Source: Bacteriovoracaceae bacterium (GTDB lineage: Bacteria > Bdellovibrionota > Bacteriovoracia > Bacteriovoracales > Bacteriovoracaceae). Taken from it: 23,575 nt of DNA. This document shows positions 16,601-23,575 of the stretch, in pieces. Within the stretch, counting starts at the first letter, position 1. Every line of letters begins with the position of its first letter. The position numbers and the translations under genes were made by a program. The notes below the pieces were generated by a model, which saw only the letters and a program-made list of their open reading frames with translations, did no database searches and had not been told where the DNA came from. Where the stretch lies: NCBI GenBank assembly GCA_041586955.1, contig JBFGZE010000050.1, positions 1-23,575 of the forward strand, in the 5' to 3' direction.

Positions 16601-17952
16601 AGAGGATCAAGTCATTTAGCGATAACCCTCTTCTTCCAAACGGCAGCAACTATAAGCAATTTGAGACAACAATATCTTTTTATCAAGAACAATTAGATAA
16701 ATTGATTCCTCATTCCAAACAAGAATTTATCGCGATCCAATGCAACCCTTATCAAGTGGAAGTCATAGGCCTTTTATTGGCCGCTTGGGCGCTCAAGTGG
16801 TCAACCTTACTTTTACCTGACACCATGCCAGAGCAGGCACGGTCATCTCTATTGGCCACTAATCCAATTGGCCATCTCATCACCTTTAATAGCAAAGGCG
16901 AATTGCAAATTTTAGAGGCCAAAAAAAAGAACGCTTCTCCCAAAGGCCATTTTCATTTTGTTCAAACCTCTGGCTCAAGCGGAACACCCAAGCTAATTGG
17001 CTTTTCACCTGATACTTTATTTCAAGCGGCCCTTAAACAATCAGATTTTCTAGGGATCGCTGATCATCATATCTACCCTTTGACCTTACCATTAAACCAC
17101 GTAGCAGGCCTCATGACACTCTTACGCCTTCTCTATCGAGGGGCCTCTTGGTCAATCATTGCCAAAGGTCATGGACTTAACCAATTGGCCTCTGTCGATT
17201 TTCTCAGTTTAGTCCCAACCCAATTATTTTATTATCTAAAAAAACCATCGCTCATATCCCTATTGGCAAAATGCCAAAAAATTCTTATTGGTGGGGCCAA
17301 TTGTGACCAATCTCTTTTGGCCCAGGCCCAGGAAAATCAATGGCCACTGATCTTAACCTATGGCATGACGGAAACCCTTGGATTCACCGCCGCGAGACCT
17401 ATCAAAGAGTTAAGTCGGGGCGACTTAACGACCTATAGTCCAACCCCCTGGTGCCAATTCTCCCTAGCAGAAGACCAGCGTATTTTAATCGACTCCCTCA
17501 TTCATCATGATTGTATTTATCATAATGGTCAATTCACTCTGACGCCTAAAACTTTTATCATTCGGACAAATGATCGCGGTCAATGGACGAATGATTTTTT
17601 ACACGTAGAGGGACGACTCGATCAAATCATTATTTCCGGAGGTGAAAATATTGCCTTAGCATCAATCAAGAAGGTGTTATTAACTCACCCTCTTATTGAA
17701 GAGGTTCTCCTTTTCACAAGAAGTAATGAACGTTGGGGTGAGGAAATCTGTGCGCTAATTATTTCTGATGAATTAAATGCCACTCATATGGCGCAATTAA
17801 AAACGTTTTTAAAAGGTCACCTCGAGGCCTTTGCCATACCAAGGGTCTGGAGTTTTCTTACCGCTGATCAATATAGCTCTCCTCCCATGGGCATCAAATG
17901 GCGATTACAAGATCTTCTCCTCCACACTGAAGAGGGCCCATATGAAACATAA
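16588..17952 (+). CDS. menE: o-succinylbenzoate-CoA ligase-like AMP-binding enzyme
   Basis: TSGSSGTPK, LPL.HVAGL, SLVPTQL, L.GG, YGMTET, T.D.G, GR.D..IISGGENI and WGE. Adjacent to a MenH-like gene. Confidence 0.8.
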   Translation: MPFIERIKSFSDNPLLPNGSNYKQFETTISFYQEQLDKLIPHSKQEFIAIQCNPYQVEVIGLLLAAWALKWSTLLLPDTMPEQARSSLLATNPIGHLITFNSKGELQILEAKKKNASPKGHFHFVQTSGSSGTPKLIGFSPDTLFQAALKQSDFLGIADHHIYPLTLPLNHVAGLMTLLRLLYRGASWSIIAKGHGLNQLASVDFLSLVPTQLFYYLKKPSLISLLAKCQKILIGGANCDQSLLAQAQENQWPLILTYGMTETLGFTAARPIKELSRGDLTTYSPTPWCQFSLAEDQRILIDSLIHHDCIYHNGQFTLTPKTFIIRTNDRGQWTNDFLHVEGRLDQIIISGGENIALASIKKVLLTHPLIEEVLLFTRSNERWGEEICALIISDELNATHMAQLKTFLKGHLEAFAIPRVWSFLTADQYSSPPMGIKWRLQDLLLHTEEGPYET

Positions 17953-18688
17953 TATTTTGGCGCTCCATGGTTTCATGGGAAATCAAAATAATTTTCATTT
18001 TCTTGCCAAGGAATTAAAACTTCTGGGCATGAACTTACACACGATCAACCTCCCCGGTCATGATGGTACTCCCATGACTCCGGTGTCTTCATTTTTTAAC
18101 AAACTTACCCACTATATCCGTAAAAACCAAATCGATACACTCTATGGATATAGCTTAGGGGGCCGCTTAGCGCTCGAATATTTAACCAACCGGCCATCGG
18201 GCAGTATCAAAGCATTGATCTTAGAATCCGCCAATCCCGGTCTTGGCCCCTTGGAACTTAGATATCAACGCTACCTCGCCGACCAACAATTGCTGAACTC
18301 CATTCACGATGAACAATCATTTCAATTATTTTTAACAAAATGGTATGGCATGGATCTTTTTAAAACTATCCACCAATCCTCTTATTTTCAAACTGTCCAA
18401 CGAAGTCGCCATTACAACGCCAGTCAGATTCAGCAATGGCAAAAAGCACTGCAATTATTTAGCGTCGGTCGTCGACCTAATTTATGGCCGACATTGCGCC
18501 TCTTGAAGCGGCCTCTCCTCTATTTAAGTGGCGAAGAGGACCAAAAGTACCATACCATCGGTGAGCGCATTCAAAAACTGGACCCTAGACTCAAACACCA
18601 GAGTTTCAAGAACCATTCTCATTGCCTTCACCTGGAAATCCCCCAGCAGTTGGCCCAATCCCTGGCCCTCTTTTTGAAAAAACCGTAA
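17942..18688 (+). CDS. menH: SHCHC synthase-like alpha/beta hydrolase
   Basis: LHGFMG, GYSLGGRLAL, LILESANPGL, GE.D.KY and H..HLE.P, a pattern characteristic of MenH. ATG 17942 overlaps the end of menE. Confidence 0.82.
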   Translation: MKHNILALHGFMGNQNNFHFLAKELKLLGMNLHTINLPGHDGTPMTPVSSFFNKLTHYIRKNQIDTLYGYSLGGRLALEYLTNRPSGSIKALILESANPGLGPLELRYQRYLADQQLLNSIHDEQSFQLFLTKWYGMDLFKTIHQSSYFQTVQRSRHYNASQIQQWQKALQLFSVGRRPNLWPTLRLLKRPLLYLSGEEDQKYHTIGERIQKLDPRLKHQSFKNHSHCLHLEIPQQLAQSLALFLKKP

Positions 18689-18830
18689 TCCTGCAATAAT
18701 GCCACATATTTGAGACAGTCAATAAAGAAACTTTCCCATTCGATCACGGACTAACGTACTGTTTTTACATTTTTTTTTAGCGAATTAGGTGTATATCGCG
18801 AAAATCTCCCCACAAACCCTAAGTCCCTAT

Positions 18831-18850
18831 TATAATTTAATACTAAGGAG
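18831..18850 (+). promoter_or_regulatory. -10 element and ribosome-binding site of the 655-aa gene
   Basis: TATAAT at 18831-18836 and TAAGGAG at 18844-18850. No recognisable -35. Confidence 0.45.
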
Positions 18851-18856
18851 TTCAAT

Positions 18857-20824
18857 ATGCGTCAGTTAGTGTCAAGTTTTGCCATTATGGGTTTATTTTT
18901 CATTCAATGCCTTACCCCCTATGGTTCACTCCAGGCGAACTCCATCGAAGCACAAAAACCTAAAGTTATTATTGGGAAACCAAGCAAGGCAAGGCCAGAG
19001 GATGATAAAAAAAGAATCGGCCCAAAAGGTGGTGAAGGGAGACAATTAATGTCAAATATCGCCCTAATCGCCATTACTGCGAGCATCCCTCTCACCATAA
19101 AGTACTGCCCTGGTCGCGCTTCTGCTTGGGCCTTTGTCGCCGCGGGCACTGCCTACATTGCTTCCGAAGTGGTCAACTGGTGGCGTTATAATAAATTAAG
19201 CAAAAGTGAAGAATTAAATAAGAAAGACGCCGCAGATACTCAAATCATGGCGCTAGAAAAAGCGGGTAATCAAACCGCACTTGCAGCAAAGGCCGCTAAA
19301 ACCCGGGCCAACTTGGCCAAGGTGGCAGCAGCAGGATTTATGATCGCAGCAGGGCTATCAATTACAGAACAATTATATGAAACTCCTGGACGCTTTGGCG
19401 CCTGCCTCGGAGCGACTTCATCTCATGGGCCTCAAGCACCCTATAATTATTTAAACCAATTAAAGGATGCTCAAAAAGTTCTCGCCCAAACGACAAGTAC
19501 AGATCAATCACTTATGGTCTTTCGGGAATACCACCGCTTCACAATGGGAGAAACGCAATCGAGCTCAATTGCGGAGTATCATCAATTTCAAAATACTTGG
19601 TCTAAAGAAATGATTTGGCAAGAAGCGCCTGAGCAATTAGAGACCACCAAAAGTCTCTTAAGCATAAGTCTAACTCATATGCAGGAGCTTATTCTACCTT
19701 CGGCCCACGCTCGGGGTGGAACAATTATATCGTTAGGAATTGGAGCCGCTGCGGCCGCCCTTATTTTGAAGTATGAAGGACAATTTCTAACGACCATGAG
19801 TAAAATAATGGCCAATGGTTTTATCCGTGCGGCGGTTTTTGGTGGCTACGGCCTTCTCGCCTTCACTGCCGCTGCTGAAATCGACAAAGAATCCAATAGC
19901 TTGAATCAAAAGGCGGCAGAGTATAAGTCTCTCGCCCAACAAGTTAAGATCCGCACTCAGCAAATCCCCGGAATGACCAATCAAAGCGGGCAAACAGTTA
20001 CCATCAATAAGATTGCCATGAGTACTGGAGCTGGAGAAAAGGGCAAAGAAACGGCCGCTGCAGGACTCTGCTTTACAGGGCAGAAAGGTTCCTTAAAACC
20101 AGATGAAAAATGCTCTTGCCAAAAAACCAATACCTGTAAAAAATCAGAATCACCTATTATTAAATACAATAAATTAGACACCCAGGGAGTCATGGCCAAT
20201 GGCACCCGCTCCTTGGCCAAAAGCTCCAATGCACTCTTCTCTGGAAACCTGAGCAAGGCCAATGAAATAGCGGGAGAAATGGGAAAAAACGCCATTCGTA
20301 TTTCTAAACTCAACAATTCACTCAAGCGAATCGCCAATACTCAATTTAAAGAGATTAATCGCAAACCCATCAATTGGGACCGCCTAGAAAAGGCCCAAAA
20401 AAACCATTTGATTAAGGCCGTTCGTAATGGCCTTAAGGGAATGTCTAATGAGGAGAAAAACACGCTCGCGAAATTTGCCCCGGCCCTGGCCGCCAGTAGT
20501 GGGCGGCCAATGATCACCGAGGAAAATCATACTGAAAAAAAGAAATCACCTTCTTATAAAAACTCTGCCCTGACAGTTAATCAAGGAACTGCAGCAGCGA
20601 CTCCCTCTAACAATGGACTTAATTTTAGCTTTGAATTAGAGGATGAAAAGGCCGATGCTGATGCCGCCCAATTAGCAGCGATGAACGCCAACAAAGGTGT
20701 TGACCTAACCAATATGGAAGTTGACGCTGCTGATATTAGCGAGAAGCCAGATGTCAACCTCTTTAAAATAATAACCACTCGGTATTTAAAATCGGCCTAT
20801 CCTGTTCTCTTTGAGCAAGATTAG
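18857..20824 (+). CDS. Large exported hypothetical protein with several Ala/Gly-rich hydrophobic helices
   Basis: 655-aa ORF with a strong SD, a signal-peptide-like N-terminus, about five internal hydrophobic segments, a Cys cluster (CFTG...CSC....C) and an acidic/low-complexity C-terminus. Confidence 0.8.
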   Translation: MRQLVSSFAIMGLFFIQCLTPYGSLQANSIEAQKPKVIIGKPSKARPEDDKKRIGPKGGEGRQLMSNIALIAITASIPLTIKYCPGRASAWAFVAAGTAYIASEVVNWWRYNKLSKSEELNKKDAADTQIMALEKAGNQTALAAKAAKTRANLAKVAAAGFMIAAGLSITEQLYETPGRFGACLGATSSHGPQAPYNYLNQLKDAQKVLAQTTSTDQSLMVFREYHRFTMGETQSSSIAEYHQFQNTWSKEMIWQEAPEQLETTKSLLSISLTHMQELILPSAHARGGTIISLGIGAAAAALILKYEGQFLTTMSKIMANGFIRAAVFGGYGLLAFTAAAEIDKESNSLNQKAAEYKSLAQQVKIRTQQIPGMTNQSGQTVTINKIAMSTGAGEKGKETAAAGLCFTGQKGSLKPDEKCSCQKTNTCKKSESPIIKYNKLDTQGVMANGTRSLAKSSNALFSGNLSKANEIAGEMGKNAIRISKLNNSLKRIANTQFKEINRKPINWDRLEKAQKNHLIKAVRNGLKGMSNEEKNTLAKFAPALAASSGRPMITEENHTEKKKSPSYKNSALTVNQGTAAATPSNNGLNFSFELEDEKADADAAQLAAMNANKGVDLTNMEVDAADISEKPDVNLFKIITTRYLKSAYPVLFEQD

Positions 20825-20830
20825 AATTTT

Positions 20831-22045
20831 TTAATGCTCTATAGGTAAACGTTTTTGTAAAAGTTGAATATAGCTTTGATAGCGCAAAATATTTTGAAAA
20901 TAAATATTTTTGTCTGGAGTCGCCAGGCCTTTTTTAATTTGGGATACCCTTCCTGTATAAATATAATGAAGATAGCGATGACGATTATAGGGCCTAATAT
21001 CTTTATGCCGCTTTTCGATAAAACGCAATTCCCTAAGTGATTGCGCCAGAAATCCCAACGTGGCGATTGCCGCATCTCTTGGATTCATCAAATCAGATTT
21101 TTTAATACGATATTTCTTTTTAATTAACTCTGGAATTGTTTTAATCTGTGTTAGTCCACGTGAATTATACCGTGTTGTTAGATTCCCTTTCAAAATTGCG
21201 ACCAGCGCTGGAAATGCCTCTTTAAGAATCAATTTAATACTTTCACCGAATTCTGATTCATTTCCCAAAATACCAAAAGCGAGTCCGGCCAGACGATTAT
21301 ATTCCTCATTATCTACTTGATATAGCTTCATTAATGTCAATTTTTCCTCATCGAGGGTCGCCATATATTCTTCGACCACCTGTTTTTTATGCGGTTTAAA
21401 ACGAAAAAGAGTCTGATTTTCGTGAATGTCTTTATAGCGCGGGGAGAAGCGATAATAGTCATAACGGGAGTGCTTTTTTAACGAGGCAAAATTAAGGCGA
21501 TTATTTTTTGCAATAAAAACATGCCCCTGCTCTGAAGGAAGCACATAAAACTTTGCCTTTGATGTAAATGAAGAGTGGAAAAAGTTTATCGTGTCAGAAC
21601 CAACCCATAAATGCACCTTACGATTCTTATCATCTTGAAGAACAATCTCCTGGGGCAGAACCTCTAAAATAGTATATATTCCAGCGGCCAATCCACTTTG
21701 GACAATTTGTTCACCCTTTAGAAGAGGACTCCCAACCTTGCGGTCATTAAGAACGAAGGGAAAAAGCGCGGGAATTTTGTCCACTGGCAACTCATCTCCT
21801 TGTTGGTAAAAGGATATTTCACCGGCCTTTTTATTAAAAACATAATAATTATTGGGATGAAACAAATGAAAATAATGAAATTTTATAGGTGCCGGCATTT
21901 GGTTAAGCTTGTCTTGCCACTTATGGATGGATTCAACCGATTCCCAAACTCTTGAATCAAAGGGTAATTGATCAAGCCCTTGCACCTGATTTAAAATGAG
22001 AAAGGAGAATAATACTTTGCCGATTGATAAAATGCCCTGTTTCAT
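20831..22045 (-). CDS. Secreted protein with a C-terminal lysozyme-like/lytic-transglycosylase-like domain
   Basis: Signal peptide. GILGNESEFG (ES motif I), SRGLTQI (GLMQ-like motif II), DLMNP..A and YIYTG (AYNG-like) occur in the expected order. Confidence 0.6.
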   Translation of the reverse strand: MKQGILSIGKVLFSFLILNQVQGLDQLPFDSRVWESVESIHKWQDKLNQMPAPIKFHYFHLFHPNNYYVFNKKAGEISFYQQGDELPVDKIPALFPFVLNDRKVGSPLLKGEQIVQSGLAAGIYTILEVLPQEIVLQDDKNRKVHLWVGSDTINFFHSSFTSKAKFYVLPSEQGHVFIAKNNRLNFASLKKHSRYDYYRFSPRYKDIHENQTLFRFKPHKKQVVEEYMATLDEEKLTLMKLYQVDNEEYNRLAGLAFGILGNESEFGESIKLILKEAFPALVAILKGNLTTRYNSRGLTQIKTIPELIKKKYRIKKSDLMNPRDAAIATLGFLAQSLRELRFIEKRHKDIRPYNRHRYLHYIYTGRVSQIKKGLATPDKNIYFQNILRYQSYIQLLQKRLPIEH

Positions 22046-22080
22046 CGAAAAACTCTTTGTTGAAGAATGCTAACGATGGC

Positions 22081-22110
22081 ATTATAGGACCCTGGCGCGC
22101 GACGCGTCAA
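22081..22110 (-). promoter_or_regulatory. Sigma70-type promoter of the lytic-transglycosylase-like gene
   Basis: Minus strand TTGACG, 18-bp spacer, TATAAT; 35 nt upstream of ATG 22045. Confidence 0.6.
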
Positions 22111-22209
22111 ACGGCTTTGTAATATGTATACTTATCCTATCTGAAAAGGAACTGCCCAATATCACGAAGTTTTTCAAACGAGACATCGTTCATAAACAAA
22201 AAATCTTTT

Positions 22210-22557
22210 CTAGACTTTGATCCTAGCATTGGCACGGCGAAGACGATCTAAAAGAGTATTCACTAAGGCCTTATACCAAGGTGGTAAACTGCCCTGAATT
22301 TTATCGAGAGTTTCCTGAGGAATAACGGTAATGATAGCTTCATTGATGGCCTTCACCGAAGCAGAGCGTGGTTGCCCATCCAAAAAGCTCATTTCTCCAA
22401 CTAATTCACCGGCCATAATTGTGCCAATCTGACGCTCAACATTACCCTTGGTTTTAAAAACCCCCAGGGTCCCAGATTTAAGAAAAAACATTTCGTTGGA
22501 TTCCTCACCCTCACGAATAAGATATTCTTCTGGTTTAAGTTTTAATAAATCACTCAT
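22210..22557 (-). CDS. Stand-alone cyclic-nucleotide-binding domain protein
   Basis: LIREGE....MFFL.SG and GELVGEMSFLDGQPRSASVKA (intact phosphate-binding cassette). 115 aa, no HTH. SD GAGGAG. Confidence 0.9.
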   Translation of the reverse strand: MSDLLKLKPEEYLIREGEESNEMFFLKSGTLGVFKTKGNVERQIGTIMAGELVGEMSFLDGQPRSASVKAINEAIITVIPQETLDKIQGSLPPWYKALVNTLLDRLRRANARIKV

Positions 22558-22675
22558 TACTGTCTCCTCACTTTATTATAAACGCGCTTTAAGATTTTCA
22601 GCAACTTTTAACGCATTCAACAATGAGAGGGCGCCTAATATCGGTTAAAATAGCTAAGATAGAGGAGTTAAAAGT

Positions 22676-23575
22676 ATGAAGTTCAGTATAATCACCATTG
22701 CCCTGATTTTGGCAGGCCTTAGTATATCCGCTCAAACCACTTACCCGACACCTAGTTTTAAATCACCGCGCGAGACCATGAATTATTTTTTAAAAACCAT
22801 GAAGGGCCATAAACAAGGTGATCCAAAGGGCCTAGACCTCGCGATTCTCTCTTTTGACACCTCCCAATTAGATGACACGACAAAATATGATTCCGCTCGC
22901 TTGGCCGCGATCCAATTAATTAATACCTTGGATCGCCTCGAATATATCCAAGTGAGCAATATACCTGACAACCCCCCACAAAACATTTGGGTTTACCGTC
23001 AACAATCTGTGCTATGGGATACAGAAACTCATTGGGTAGAAATCTCCATCGCAAAAAATAGCGACCAACAATGGAAATTTACTCCTAATACTCTTAAAAC
23101 GATTGAGGCCTTTTATCAAAGTGTTAAAGACAGACCGGTCATTAAAGGAGTCACTGTCCATAACGGCCTTCGGGTCAAGATTAAAAATATGATGCCACCC
23201 TGGACTGGCCAAAAAGCATTTATTCTTCTCAATGGGCAATGGATTGGACTGCTTATTCTCATTTTTCTGTCGTTATTAATCGACCGTTTGGCCCGTATTT
23301 ATATTACCTTCGTCTTAGAAAAATTATTGGTTAAAGGCCATGTGAAATGGAACGCAAGGTTGAAGAAACGCTTCAATATTCCTTTAGGAATTGTCTTTTT
23401 TGCTAGTATTTTTAATCTCGGCATTAAATTATTGGAATTTAATGATCAAACGCTATCAATTTTAAGACGTGGTTCTATTGTAGTGATCACCATTGGCTGC
23501 GTTTTTGTCGTTACCTATATCGTTGATATTTTTTGTCTTTTTCTCGAAAAAAAGGCGATTGAATCTGAAAATAAA
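22676..23575 (+). CDS. MscS-family mechanosensitive channel with N-terminal periplasmic domain (3'-partial)
   Basis: Absent from the ORF track because it runs off the window. SD GAGGAG, ATG 22676, MKFSIITIALILAGLSISA signal, SPRETM.YF, L...LDRL and WKFT..TL..I..FY, followed by TM helices. This N-terminus is typical of long MscS proteins; the channel core lies outside the window. Confidence 0.65.
   Translation, partial: MKFSIITIALILAGLSISAQTTYPTPSFKSPRETMNYFLKTMKGHKQGDPKGLDLAILSFDTSQLDDTTKYDSARLAAIQLINTLDRLEYIQVSNIPDNPPQNIWVYRQQSVLWDTETHWVEISIAKNSDQQWKFTPNTLKTIEAFYQSVKDRPVIKGVTVHNGLRVKIKNMMPPWTGQKAFILLNGQWIGLLILIFLSLLIDRLARIYITFVLEKLLVKGHVKWNARLKKRFNIPLGIVFFASIFNLGIKLLEFNDQTLSILRRGSIVVITIGCVFVVTYIVDIFCLFLEKKAIESENK

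Noticed and set aside
14814..18718. TGAGACAG present in two intergenic regions (14814-14821 and 18711-18718)
   Set aside because: Only 8 bp and two copies; cannot be distinguished from chance without a genome-wide count.
120..23239. Numerous 60-118 aa ORFs overlapping the main genes on the same or opposite strand
   Set aside because: Fully nested in well-supported CDSs with no recognisable motifs; consistent with shadow ORFs.
1..23575. CRISPR arrays, tRNA/rRNA, IS elements, riboswitches
   Set aside because: Intergenic gaps are all under about 180 bp, and I saw no repeat-spacer pattern, cloverleaf, transposase or recognisable riboswitch by eye. An Infernal/Rfam scan would be needed to exclude small RNAs.

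Overview
A 23.6-kb, gene-dense, AT-rich bacterial chromosomal segment. Gene content suggests a predatory Bdellovibrionota (Bacteriovoracaceae/Halobacteriovorax-like) organism; this is an inference, not a database result. From left to right: (1) the 3' end of a peptidase-S74 chaperone-containing fibre/adhesin gene; (2) a mixed-orientation polysaccharide cluster with a priming sugar transferase, a 1043-aa secreted glycoside-hydrolase-like protein, a CE4 deacetylase, a phosphopantetheinyl transferase, a Wza/SLBB exporter, a GT4 and a Wzx-like flippase; (3) a secreted hypothetical protein; (4) a three-gene signalling operon (HisKA-REC lacking an ATPase domain, pseudo-REC/HD-GYP, PilZ-like protein); (5) a divergent, overlapping lexA-dinB-menE-menH operon whose apparently leaderless promoter carries a perfect 10-bp direct repeat (candidate new LexA box); (6) a large secreted hydrophobic-helix protein convergent with a lytic-transglycosylase-like protein; (7) a stand-alone cNMP-binding protein and the 5' part of an MscS-family gene. 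No rRNA, tRNA, CRISPR array or transposase was seen.
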